Source: Amoeboaphelidium protococcarum X5
Taxonomy: Eukaryota > Fungi > Aphelidiomycota
Assembly (NCBI GenBank): GCA_023515725.1
Contig: JALDTO010000192.1
Span: 558,001-622,000 of the forward strand
DNA: 64,000 nucleotides
Direction: 5' to 3'
This document shows, piece by piece, positions 41,191 to 53,822 of this stretch; the first letter of the stretch is position 1; each line of letters opens with the position of its first letter. The notes beneath the pieces are model-generated. The model was not told the origin of the DNA, did no database searches, and saw nothing but the letters and a program-made list of their open reading frames with translations. The position numbers and the translations under genes were made by a program.

Positions 41191-42090
41191 TCAATTGGAT
41201 CCCATAATCTTTTCAAATTCAGAGTAGAGCAGCGGATACTTTACGCCAATAATCTCGTACACGTTCTATAGCGTAACTGAGGAAGATTGCTATCTCTAAT
41301 TGTATTTCTTCACATTATTATACAGATCAGTGTACTCTTGATAAGATAAGATCTTTTTCAAGTGCTTGAAGAATTCTCTCGCGTCGACGGAGCTTACTTG
41401 CTTCTACCGTTGTGAGTATTACTACTATTATTATTACTAATCACGATCAAATACAGTTCTTCTAGAGGCAGATGTTGGAGATCTTACATCATTTATATTC
41501 ACATCTTGACCAAAGTCTGCCGGGAAATTACTATTATTATTGTTGTTGTCAATGTTGTTATTATTATTCAGATTCAGAGTCCTATTATTGAGGGCAGTGC
41601 TAAATCTGAAGGTGTTGGATTAATCTCGAAGTATCGATGTAGCATTGCCGGCAAGTTCATGCCCAGCTTATGACTATGTAAACGGCTAATAACTCACAGA
41701 TCTTCCACCTTATACCGTATGAAGGTGATGTGAGGAGTGAGGGAGGGAGAACTCTGGCGGAACCTCGAGACCACTTTCAGAGAACGATTATAGCACTGTT
41801 GAGCGGAATTAATTCAACTTATTCAAGTTCTTGTTTAAATCGGTCAACTTCTAATTCAGCTCCTAATTCTCGTCAACCAGCTACTTATTCTACCGCTGTA
41901 AATCTTCTATCAATGCTCGGTGTCTGGCATTCTCTCCACGCAGCGAAACAACCTCCGTCTCTTTCAAAGCCAGTCGCTTGCTGTATGCCTCCCTGATCAG
42001 TCTCACACCGGCTTCAAACTCATTATTATCGCCTCCATTTTAGGTATTCATAATTCCGCTCTATACTTCATATCGATGACTACTACTCAT
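41191..42090 (-). CDS. Coiled-coil protein with At4g15545-like C-terminal helical domain (299 aa)
   Basis: FEAGVRLIREAY, coiled coil, LNQFRSTVLQSF, VDAREFFKHLKKILSYQEYTDLYNNVKKYN..LYSEFEKIM. Confidence 0.6.
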
Positions 42091-42335
42091 TGTTCGTATT
42101 ACTTCTAAATACTATGGGCTGCTGTAAGTCCAAGTTGTGCAAACTTTTGTTTCACTTATGCCGAAAAGAGACGTTGTTTCACAAAAGTAGAGCTCTCTCA
42201 TAGTGATGCGAAGGCAATGACACCTAAGTAAATCAAGACAAGACACAATGGTATTTACAATACACGAAAAATACGGAAACAGCACAATTTATTTCAAGAT
42301 ATCATCTCATGGATATAAATACAAAGCGAAAAATT

Positions 42336-42721
42336 TCAATCTGAGGCAGTTACCCACGGCTTTCTATCCATCGGACACTGCTGCTGCGATGACGGAGAGG
42401 CGATCCATTTCAGTAAGCAATGCATATGAAAGCAATGCTTGCAATGTCCCACAACTACACACTATGAATATTTATATCTTGTTGTCTTTTAAAGCGAGAG
42501 ACTCAGTGTTATCTTACTCAATGGGCAGTCATCACCAGGGAATCGACATTACGGACATGCTGAATCATACGGACTTCTGCATATTCCACAAATGTCTTCA
42601 TTAGGTACATCCCATTTCCACTTGGCAACAGCATTCCAATCTACACTATATTATACTAGGTGAATACCTATTTAGTTTCAATGAGCAACATACTCTTTAT
42701 AGTAACTTGCAATCGCGTCAT
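42336..42721 (-). CDS. APC11: APC/C RING subunit Apc11; introns 42641-42693, 42455-42517
   Basis: [55 protein letters not shown]. Confidence 0.93.
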
Positions 42722-42942
42722 CACGCTCCTCTTCTTATTTCAATGCGACTAAAATGCGATTGATCTGCTGCAAGAGCGAGAAAACTTTCTTTAGCGAAAT
42801 TCTCTCTTTATTTTGTTGTTGAGATTGCACTCAAAGTATTGCGTATTGGAGGATAGTTTACCTACTTGATTTTAAGCGTACGCTCTTGAGAATACAGAAT
42901 ATATTTTACTAGAGTTGTTATCAACTGAATAATAATAATAAA

Positions 42943-43200
42943 ATGTCAGCGCTATTTCCGTAGAATAAATGGGACGGTCCTCGATTTAAAGACCCTTGGT
43001 ATAGAGCTGAGGAGTGGAGATACAAACACCCATTGGTGGCGAGCAAGTTCACATGGAGATAATTGCTCCCTGGATTTGGATATGCCAGTGCTGCGTTCGC
43101 TGTCTACTGCGTCGCTGATTACTTTCTTTTTGCAGATAAGCACGGTCATCATGGGCACTCACATAACGATGGGAAATCGTCTCATGGAGAGAAGCATTGA
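42943..43200 (+). CDS. NDUFB3: Complex I accessory subunit NDUFB3 (B12)
   Basis: KDPWYRAEEWRY, LLPGFGYASAAFAVYCVADY, His-rich tail. Confidence 0.88.
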
Positions 43201-43358
43201 ACTATTATTATACTGAAGAATACATCTTATTCAATGTAGAAAGGTTTTCAACTTGTAATCTTTGATCTATATGTATATATTTAGATAGCCTGAGAGGTAA
43301 GGAAGTCATTTCATGTTAGATGGTTGGTTTATAGATGAGTTCGCGATAGAGTAAAAGC

Positions 43359-44021
43359 TCACAACTTGAACGAGTCGTTAGAGGCAGATGAAGACTGCAA
43401 TTGATGACCGTATTTTTCTGCCTATCGAAGTTTTTACGCGCTTCCTGTTAGAATTGGTATCTACATAATTGGAGTACATTATTAAACGGCAGGTATGAGT
43501 ACATTAGGTGAAAATTCTGCGGTGGTAGTATGGGAAACTTACCCATTATCTCGGATTCGCTGGATTCATCACCCAATCCATGTCTGATACGTTAGGCTAC
43601 AAGCTGAACAACATATTGAACTGCCCAGTGCGCACAATACTACCACCATCTTTCTTCACATACACTGAGATTTAATCTTTGAACAGCCTAGTGCGGCCAC
43701 CACTTATTCGCACAATATCCATGTGCTTAAATGCAAGTCCGGCCTCACCAACCAGATATAAAGTGACACTTCCCGACGAGTCACTCAACGTGAACTGGTA
43801 GAACTCCAAATCCTGACCACCTCTACTAGCCTCCTACTTCACATCAGTTATTATACCACACAGTTACAAGCTAGTCATATTTGGTCTAACATGCGCTACA
43901 TTTATAATGATGAGAATATAGGTAAATTATAAATCATAAATGTGAACAGATCGATTCTGATTTGGCGAGACTTACCTATAGGTATGCCATAATCAGGTTG
44001 CCAGTCTCCAGCAACAGGCAT
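43359..44021 (-). CDS. SOSS-B/NABP (hSSB1-like) OB-fold ssDNA-binding protein; introns 43896-43975 and about 43461-43542
   Basis: IAHVRPNMTSLQLCGII, LSDSSGSVTLYL..DIVRISGG, GSIVRTGQFNMLFSLQPNVS. Confidence 0.75.
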
Positions 44022-44285
44022 AGGTACCCGCAAATCTTCCGGGACAAAGGAGAAAACTTTTTAATAATTGGGATGCGACATTTAATACACAGTTAATGGC
44101 TCTATTTGAAGAAGAATAATTAGAGTTTATGGTATTATGCTGGCTGTAGCTTGATCGAAATTGTATGGTAAAGTGGATCTCGACTAATGAAATCCCCCTA
44201 ATTTTTGTCGCTTTTTACTGTAAAACACAGTAAGCCGCTCGCTTTAATAAAGGACTGCTATAGCGCGCGGTATTTGTAGACGCTG

Positions 44286-45506
44286 ATGATGTAGCTCTAC
44301 ACTGTTTTTGTGCTGATTTTACTTCTATAGCTAAGCCATTCAAGGCTATTGGATATTTGCAGTCATAATTTGAAGAATTTTGGCATCACCAAGGCATAAT
44401 CATATTATGGTCGCCTGTTGCAAGTTGTGATTGATGAGATCCTGGACTGCGACGTGTTTATAGCGCAAGAGATTCAAGATGTCAGCTTTCAGGTGATCAA
44501 TTTAATGCTGGCTCGTCTAAACGAAAGATCTGGAGATGATCCGTACAATATAGCGATTAGTCCTCAGCTGGGAGAGGGAGGTTATCAAGAATAGATGATC
44601 GTATTTTATAAAAGTCGCTCAGTGCAATACCTGTTAGGTAAAGAAGTGAAGACTGCAGGCGTCAAGAGAAATCCTTACGCGATTGTATTTGAAGCGCGTC
44701 CAGACGCTCGTGAGTTGCAATAATAGCGGAAGCAGCAGAATGGATGGAGTAGAATTTTTAGTTTTGGCAGGTAAAAGGTGCGTAAACCATTTCGCTTTAT
44801 GCTACTTACTACGCACGTCTCACCAAAAGATGCTCCGGAGGAATTGCGATCACTGTCTTTTAGGTACATGAATATTTTACGTAGTGATCTTGCCTCTGAT
44901 CTGTCTAACATTGTTCTTATTGGAGACCTTAACGCTGACGCGCCATATTTGACCATTGCTGATAAATCTAAAATTCCGTTATTTGACCGGTCCAAATATA
45001 ATAATATTATCATCGGTGATAATTCAATGACAAAGGAGAATGTACCGAAAATGCTGGACCGTGCATTTACTCACAAATTACTTGAGGAGTCGATTGTTCC
45101 TCTGTCTGGACATGTGGTAAAGATTGGATCCCGCGATTTTGATTACGTTCGTATGAGGGGACTTACTGCATAGTAAATTAGTGATCACTACGCGATAAGA
45201 TTTTAATTGGACACTTCCAAAGTGATCGAAGAAACTCTAGCGGATCAGGCGAATGATCTCAATATGGCCTTTGCTGATATGAAGTTGAGTGAAGCTGTGT
45301 CAGATATTGAACAGCGATCACGCTCTATTGCAGATCCCGACAGAACAGCTTTTAAGAATAAGCCGGTAAAGCGCGATGTATCCGCGTAAGCATTGCTTAG
45401 AGTTCCAGGGAAATTTCAAATACCTCATTCGCAATCTTTAAATCGACGATTCAACTCAAGAGTGTTTGGCTAAAGCAGCGCTGTGCCTAAAATAATGACT
45501 CTATGA
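44286..45506 (+). CDS. Secreted DNase I-family nuclease, paralog A (406 aa)
   Basis: Signal peptide; ICSHNLKNFG, AQEIQD, YQEQMIVFY, KRNPY, THVSP, GDLNAD, LDR, SDHY. Confidence 0.85.
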
Positions 45507-45717
45507 TAATCCATTATATTTTGCAATCTTAGTGTTCTAGTTAACTAATTTCCACATCGTGTCAACTTTAATCTGAGCCATAGTGTTCAGTAATGGTGTG
45601 GCGTTTGTGAAACTAATCGATTTACGGGGCGCGTGTGGCGCATTCTGAACAAAGTCTTGATTATCGCAGTACAAAGCATCTTTTACATCTCACATTGAAC
45701 CTGATTCAACTAATAGT

Positions 45718-47118
45718 ATGCAAGTCGTACATGTGGTTGTGAGTCTCCTGGCCGCTATCGCTGCTGTATGTGCTAGTCACATTAAGGTTTGTAGTCATAA
45801 TCTACAGCGCTTTGGGCCATTGAAAGTTCAGTAATATGATGGGAAGATTTTATCTGTGATCCTGCAGGAGATAGCCTCATGTGATATCTTCATAGCTCTG
45901 GAGATGACTGATTTATCATAAAAGTCTTATCAGATCTTGCAATAGCAGCTTTATAACCGCTATAGAAAGTTGAAGTTTCTCTCAATACTGAGTCCTATGG
46001 TTGGTAGCGGTCGATATACGGAGCAGGTGGCCGTATTCTACCGCGCGGATAAAGTTGAACTCATTGGTAGCGCAGAGTTGCAGATTGAAGACGCGAATCG
46101 TAACCCGTATGCTGTAAAGTTCCAAGTTAAGTAAGGTTTTTGGTTCCCCGTGTACTTTAAGTTTATGCTCATCTGCGTGCATACCAGTCCAGACAATGTC
46201 CTAAAAGAGATGAAAGGACTGGACCAGCGATACTCATCTCTACTCAACTAAGAGGTGTACAATGACTACTCATCCATAGTGATCGTTGGGGATCTTAATG
46301 CTGACACGCCGAGTCTTACAGTTGAGGATAAGAAATCTTTGTAGATGTTCGACACGAACAAGTATAATGAGATTATAACGGATGGCGGATCGACAATGAC
46401 GCAAGGCGCGACTGTGAAGAAGTATGACCGTGCCTTTACTCATTAAGTGTTTAAGCACTCAATAGTACCTCAGTCAGGCCGAGTGATGCGCATCGGATCA
46501 CCTGAAGTTCGCGGCATTAATATGCATAACCTGTATCCTAGAATGATTAGTGATCATTATGCTATAATGTTTACTCTGGATACCTCTAAGGTGATTCGCG
46601 ATGTGCGCAAGGAGATGGAGGTATACAAGCAGGTCATTAAGGCTAAGAAGGCTGAGGAGCTGCGTCAATTGCGCTTGCTATAGAAATAGGCTTCACAGTA
46701 GGCCAAACTGCAGTTAAAGAAGTTGGAAGACTTGTAAAAGTTGAAATAGCGTCCGTAATAAGTACCGCAATCGTCTAGATAAGCTGAACGCGAAAGTATA
46801 GTTCCTGAATCAATGCTTGAAGCCTTGCCAGTCGCTCCAATGAAGTAATAGAGCATTAGCAAAAGTAAATCCGCGCCGAAAGCTCGTTCATAAATTAATT
46901 TGAAGCCTGTTATCAAGCCTATGAAATAAGAGCAGTCTTCGTAAAGAGAGAAGAGAAGGCGAAAGCGCCCTGTTAGTTATGCTGACGACGATGATATTTC
47001 AATTGGAGACGATGCTGAATATGAGACAGATGGTGACTTGAGAAAAGGTACTAATGACGATCCAGATTTTGATTTGAAAGAAATTGCATATATGGATGAA
47101 GGATATCAGTCCGAATGA
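45718..47118 (+). CDS. Secreted DNase I-family nuclease, paralog B (466 aa) with coiled coil, NLS-like motif and acidic tail
   Basis: Signal peptide MQVVHVVVSLLAAIAAVCA; CSHNLQRFG, YTEQVAVFY, RNPY, VHTSP, GDLNAD, YDR, SDHY; tail REKRRRKRPVSYADDDD. Confidence 0.85.
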
Positions 47119-47157
47119 AGCAAATTAATGCATAATGAATATATTCAATAAGAGCAT

Positions 47158-48279
47158 TCAATTAACTTTACTTTTAGCCTTGGTTTATCTAATCCCTCCA
47201 TTATTACCATTGGCATCTTTAGAACTAGCTTTAGAAGTATTCAGACTCTAGACTATTTTAGATCTTCGTGTCATGAAAGCTTCTAAGCCAATGCCAGTAA
47301 AAACAACACCGACAGCGATCCATTGACTGAGATTAAGTTCATGATTAAACCAGAACACGGACAGTATCATGGACAGCATCTTTCGAGTGACATTAACCGT
47401 AACGAGAACCAGAGAGCCAAATCTCTCCAGAGTGTAAAAAATGAACAATTATCCTACTGATCCAAAGAAGCCAAATATCACGACATCGACCACAGAATCT
47501 GGATAAGTGGACAAGAACTTCAAAGCTTCTAGCAATGCATTTGAGCCGTCCGCATTCATAATAGGAGTAACTGCACCCAGGTAGAGTGACATCAAGAGCG
47601 ATGATATGAGATTCATGTAAAACATCATATGTGCACCGTTCACCTCTTTGTACCGACTAAAGATATTATCCTATGTACTGTTGGTAACTCCATCAAGGAG
47701 CAGATTGATAGCTAGGAGAACAAGTCCATACACGCTGCTTTATCGCGCATCGACCGTACCAGGCTTAGTGGGATGCATGAAGGTGAATATACACACGCCG
47801 GCAGTGATCAAAAGAACACTAGCATACTTGTACCATTCGTGAACTTTGCGATAGAGTACATAGCTCATTATGATAACTGGAAGCAGTTTACAGCTCTTGG
47901 CTAGAATCATTGTGGGATAATCAACATGCTTCAGACTCTCATAGCCAAATGGAGATGCAATCGTAGAGAGAACGGCCACCTTGACAAAATCCAGCAAGAG
48001 TTGAGCGGATGGCTTTAAAAGTAGAGATTCAGATTACTATGCAACTTTTCCAGTTGGCGTTCGCCGCTATCTTAAATACATATATACGATAGACACTATG
48101 CTGGCGATGAATGCTTGCACACAATTCAAGAACACGAAATGCTTAAAATAAGCTGGCTAATGCTACTTCAAATGGTCATCATGCGCATAGTACGGCGTAG
48201 TGGACACCCGCTCCTACAGCAATCCCCAAGACAGGAAGCATCCATAAATTCCAGCGATACAAAATGCTAATTCATACAT
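47158..48279 (-). CDS. HUT1: Nucleotide-sugar transporter Hut1/SLC35B1
   Basis: GIYGCFLSWGLLQERV, SLKHVDYPTMILAKSCKLLPV, FGSLVLVTVNVTRKM, KxKxx end. Confidence 0.92.
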
Positions 48280-48420
48280 TTGATTTCGCTACCAATAAGA
48301 TTATATCTCGTTCTCCGATGCTTAGCCGTAGTTAATTGAGAGAAAGCTTTTAAGTTGACTGAAAGAGAAAGCGACAATGCAGGTAAAGGGGAAATCTCTA
48401 TCATATCAATAAAAAGCCTA

Positions 48421-49382
48421 TCATTATTGCATTTCTTAACAAATCTAATCTTGCATTCCATTGGAGCTGAATGGTTAATGCCAGGCTATTTCTTCAGTAT
48501 ATCTGCCGCTCAAGACGCAGCTCTAGGAGCAGGTGTAAATCATGATGCTTCCAAAATCCAAGGATTTCGTGTCCCGATGATCAAGTCCGAGATAGTTTAG
48601 AATTTGAGGCATCAGTTAAAATTCAAATGTTCTCTCAGATTTGCAGTTTAGACACTGCGGTATACTTTTCTACTGTGGAATATTCTACTCGCTTACATAT
48701 AATGGCTCAGGATTGAGGCAATCTACAGAACGCGCATACCGCAGCACCTAATCCAGATCGTTTCTTATTCTCTTTTGAAACTTCAAAAACATTCGATCGA
48801 CGCCAGTCTCACTATCTTCACACTCTTCCATTGTATCATCGTTGTTGATATCATCAGTATTAACGGGAGTATTCAGTTTCTAGGCAGCTAATGCTCTAGC
48901 GATGTCATCTGCATTATCAATATTAATAGATGATTCCTCTTCAGACAATATGTAGCTTTCTTAGTACGGAGAATCACTGACCAGATCGCTCATATCTTCA
49001 AAACTGTCGCAGATTACATCTTCAGCCCATTAAGCGCGAATGACACGTATAGCTTCATTTCTACCTTCAATCATACAAGTTGAATCGCGACACACAAAAA
49101 CGTAGATCACTCGGTGAAACGCGTAATTATCCACTTCATCATCTGGAGCATACAACTACAGTAGCAGATTCATCAATTTACCACATCTTCCACATTTACA
49201 AGGATCCAATTTGACTACATTATTCTAATCTTTTGGTGCAATCTACATACTTGAGCTTTGACACATTATAATTAGGATAAGAATATTAATCAAATTATTA
49301 CCGGTAAACCACCAAGTTTACTGACAGTAAAATCCTTTATATCAGGTCGCTCAGTATCAACAAATCCCAAAACGACAGTCAT
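48421..49382 (-). CDS. PDCD2/PDCD2L (Tsr4-like) protein; intron 49243-49301
   Basis: SKLGGLP, LLLQLYAP, FHRVIYVFVC, FEF(Q=TAA)LMPQILNYL, LDFGSIMIYTCSQSC. Confidence 0.85.
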
Positions 49383-49736
49383 AATTTTATATTTACGTGA
49401 AGAATTAAATTTGAATGCGATGGTACTACGGTAGTCTGCTAAAATTTTGTAGATTTTTCTAAATCAAAGCTCATGTGCGTATTCTCTGTGTCGTTTCAGA
49501 AACTTTTCATCTCCTCTTTAATTTAACTCTTCCTCTCTTCTCGCCTCCTTTCATCTCCTCGTCTTCTCTTTCTCTAATTCTGTCTCAACAAACGTTCATT
49601 TCTGTTGAAACAACTTCTGCTTTCAAAGACTCTCATTGCCAATACTTCTGGCATTGTATCATATCTATAGATTCCTTGTTTAATCTAGGTGCAGAGTTTA
49701 TATAGAATATTGCTTTTTATTAAATTCTTTAAATTC

Positions 49737-51494
49737 ATGTCTAGGCCTACTACTGGAAAGAGTGGGGTGAGTAGTATTCAGCGTACTTCAAGTGTTCGGG
49801 CGTTTGGTAGAGATTTGGCTCAGTCGCAGAAGATTGCGATTGCTGCATCAAACACGGAGCGGAAACACTCTAGTGATGGTTTGTCTAAGAATTTTTATGA
49901 AGATAGTTTTCGGCCTGTCTATGAGCCAATGAAGAACAGTCAGTCGTCACCTCCACCTCCTGTTTCTTCTGCACTCAAATCCACCTCTATTTAAAACTCA
50001 TTGAGTAAAAGTTATAGCTCCTACAGTAGTAATAACAACAACAACTATGATAATAGTGGAAATAATTATGCTTATAGGTAGAAAAATGTAGATTCTCCTC
50101 GTATATCTCCTCGGAAGACTAATACATCGTCTTACAATAGTTAGAGTAACTCTGAGTTGGAGTCTCTTCGTGGCCAGATATCATTGTTAGAGTCTAGTAA
50201 TGAGTAATTTCAGTCTAGACTGGATAGTATGTATAGAGATTTCAGTTAAGCGTTGAATAGATAGTAGGCAGCATTTTAATTTAAGCTTGATCAAGTGGTG
50301 GATAGTCAGAACTCCATCTCCAGAGATTAGAATCACAGTAATAGTTTGCAGATGAAATGTAAAACTATGGAGCAGTAGTTGCGTTAGTTGGAGAATTTAT
50401 TCAACACTATGCAGAGATAGAATGACTCTGGTCAAGTGGCACGATTAGAAAAGATGGTGGATAGACTTGGTTCTTAGGTAACAAGTTTAGAATAGCAGAT
50501 ATAGCAGCAGTCATCTGTTACTTCTCAGCAGTCTAGATTACAGAATCAACTCAACACCATCTAAAGCAAAGTTGTCGAGATTGAGAACAAGCTGTATGAT
50601 CAAGAAAAGCAGGTATCAGTTTATAACATACCCGGATTGCATAAAGCCATGGCAAAGTTACAAACTGAATATTCAACCATTGAGCAGAACCAAGAGTTTC
50701 TGAATTAAAAGATGACTAAATTGGATGCTCTTGCTAAATAAGTAAAGTAGTTACAGACTAGTCTTGAGAATGGACAATCATAATATTTTCGTAATGCTAG
50801 TCAATCTGCTGAGTATGATGATAATAAAATTTTTGAGTAATTGGAATCTTTGAATGAAATTGTTAGAAAGCTGGATGAGAGAATCTCTTTATCAGAGTAG
50901 AAGTTGCACGAAGAGCTGATTGTGAATTTGAAGAAGATCATGGCACAGATTTCAAAGTTGTAAAGTGGCACTTAAAACACAGAAGATTCTACTCAACTTT
51001 CGTAAGTAAATCATCAAGAAATTACGAAGCTTCGTGATGAGCTGGCTTCGATTAGAAAATAAGTCTCTGCTCGCGGAATATCCCAGCCAGACACCAAATG
51101 GAAAGATTCGATTGAGAATAGAGTGAAAGTGTTGGAGAATATGGTCCACAATGTAGCATCCACTGTTACAGCTGATGGCCGCTTTAATAAAATTTAAAAA
51201 TCATCTTCCCTTATTGCTACAGTCAGTGAACCAGAGAATGATATCAACTATGGCAAAAGAAGCACCCTCCTCAGTCCCACTGATGCTTACTCGTCTATGA
51301 AACGGCCAAGTGCCAGACAGAATGAAGCTGCGAGCAGAGAGTCATTAATGTTTATCGGAAGTAATTACGCGCTTGATCAAGAACAGAGACCGACGATGGG
51401 AAGTGACGAGTATTTGTAGAATGAGCCGTTCCTTGAAGATTTGGATGAGTTGGACGAAGGTCACACTCTGGTGAATGAAGATTAAATGATATGA
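49737..51494 (+). CDS. Gln-rich coiled-coil hypothetical protein (~585 aa)
   Basis: Long TGA-free frame with heptad-like Q/L/E/K segments; no recognisable family. Confidence 0.65.
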
Positions 51495-51753
51495 AAGTTT
51501 TTGGTTATTACTTTGTTATGCTTTCACTTAGGATACTCTATTCCAATGAATCTATGCCAAATCTAGCTCCTTATCATCATCTAAACTTAACACAGTGTAT
51601 GAGCGCAATTGAGTAGTTTTACACATTCAAGATCAGCGCGTCACACTCTTGGAAGAGTATGAACGATAAATGACCGTTTCGAGTGGTTTTGAAACAGAAA
51701 CTCGTTCCTTTTTGGATGTTTCAAAGAATTGAAAAACTGGTTAAGACAGTGCA

Positions 51754-52706
51754 ATGCAGACTGAAATATTTGAAACTGTCATGATACGATTGGAACAGCT
51801 AACTCATAAAGTGATCAATAATTCTATCTAATCGAAAGAGCTTAAGTCGTAATTAGAGAATCTGATATCGCAGTGTGGGAGCGAGTTTTAGGATAACCCA
51901 TTCAATCATTGGTTCTTATATCTGGCAATTTAATCTGACTAGAAAGAGATTTGGGATTTACTTTCACAGTATGTGCTATAACTAGATAATAAATGGACTA
52001 AGATTAATGAGAATTATGACAGAATCGAAGAGCATAATGCCATGACGGATTCAGTTAAATGGCAAATGTTGAAACAAACTGGACTTGCTGATTTCCTCCC
52101 TCGATCTTCTTTACATTAAAACTCAGATATATAGGATATTAATGCTTTAATTGGTGATTTATTGATGCATCCTTAATCTGTGTAAGTCGATAATTTACAG
52201 CATGTCTTGAAAGATAATCCTTAGTTGAGTCTGACAATTTAAATGACTTCATAAGAGTTTCAAGAGTTGCTCGCTGCACATAGAAATCTCTGTATAAGTA
52301 TAGTGTAATGCTTGTAAAAATTTAATGCATTCGATCACTTGCTCCATTGGACTTATCTCACACTATCATGCTTTGAATTCTATCTCCAATTGCTGAGAGA
52401 TGATGTGATAGGCATGTAAGAGATTCACTTGATATTCAGTGACTCGATATCAAAGCTCGAACGCGTCACTGATCAAGTTGAAAAAGTCAGATAAGTCCGA
52501 CTTGTAAAAATTCACTAAAAATACGGTTAAAATAATGTTATGATGATAATATTATGTAGATTTGTATGTTTGTGAGGTAGCTAATGTCACATAAAGACAA
52601 AATCAGTATTGCAGATTTAAGGTATGCTCTTGATCCATTTCTGGTGGAGCATTCCAGAGTTCCTGAGGCTGTGGAGTTGTATAAGCGGCTTCTCGCTATG
52701 ACATGA
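51754..52706 (+). CDS. CNOT11: CCR4-NOT subunit CNOT11-like; intron 52504-52559
   Basis: Spliced C-terminus KVRQVRL|ICMFVRQLM..FLVEHSRVPEAVELYKRL matches DUF2363. Confidence 0.7.
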
Positions 52707-52755
52707 TGGCGTCACTAGCAATAAAAGTTAAGCAACAATATCCAAGTCAGTATAA

Positions 52756-53535
52756 TCACTCTGAATTTTTCATTGATAGTAAATACTATTCAATTTCAGG
52801 GAACTCGCAAATGGAAGCATACGAGATAGGAGTCTCCCCTTCACTATCCTCTGCATTGATATCAGCACCACACTCTCCAACAAGAAACTTTACAATTTCC
52901 AAGTTCCCTTGATCAACAGCATGATGAAGTAATGAAGTATTACAAGAATCGCGTACTTGGACATTATCTTTGTTTACCAATTCCCGTACTTTGGCCAAAT
53001 CACCAGCAAGTACTGCTTAAAACAAACGATTAACCTCAGGATCTTGGCTAAACTTCTCATCACTCTAACCATCCTCCGCTCTTTTTTCAGCACTATTACT
53101 TGGTGAAGTATCAAATGATGATAACTGCTAGTCTACTGCGAGCTATTATGCAAGAGAACTGCTAGACGACGATGGATCAATACTAAGATCATTCTTCACC
53201 AGATCCAGGTATCGTCGCTGAGCTTCTTCTTTATCCATATCACCCAAATCCTACCATGCTTTCTACTTGGCCTCCTGCGCATTCAAAGGACCAATGACAC
53301 TGGACACAATACTCAACAGCTTCCCAGTCCATGTGGAATTTCTCTCCTCCTGCTCATCCATATCTGTGGCTCGGGCAAACTCATCGTCTGCATACCTACC
53401 GCTCGTGCCCTGCTTGTACAGTGCATACAACTGCAAGCGAGTGCTGTTGGATAAGTGGCTCAGCTTTCCGTCAACTGCTTGCTGTTAAACGAACTGAGAC
53501 GCTCTCTTGAAATCTGTACTCAGTTATGCGCACAT
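52756..53535 (-). CDS. Acyl-CoA-binding plus ankyrin protein (ACBD6-like)
   Basis: RLQLYALYKQGTSG, AKQKAWQDLGDMDKEEAQRRY, ankyrin TSLLHHAVDQGNLEIVKFLV. Confidence 0.85.
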
Positions 53536-53822
53536 TTCTAATTTGTGTTTTTGTATCAAACAGAAACAAAGATCTAAAAACCGCGCGTGCATTTTGAACA
53601 CTTGAAACTAATAATGATTTGATCGTGGTTGGTATCAATTGATATTTTGAATGATTATACATTCTCTTTACTATAGTACCATAGGTATCATTTGATATAG
53701 AATGAAGTGCAATTAATTGGTTCAAGTGTTAATTCAAGTCAATAATTACGGACTCGATTCTCTTTCCTCTTTAGCGGATCATTAAAACGTTTGAAAATTG
53801 ATCAAACCTCGTATAAGATAAA

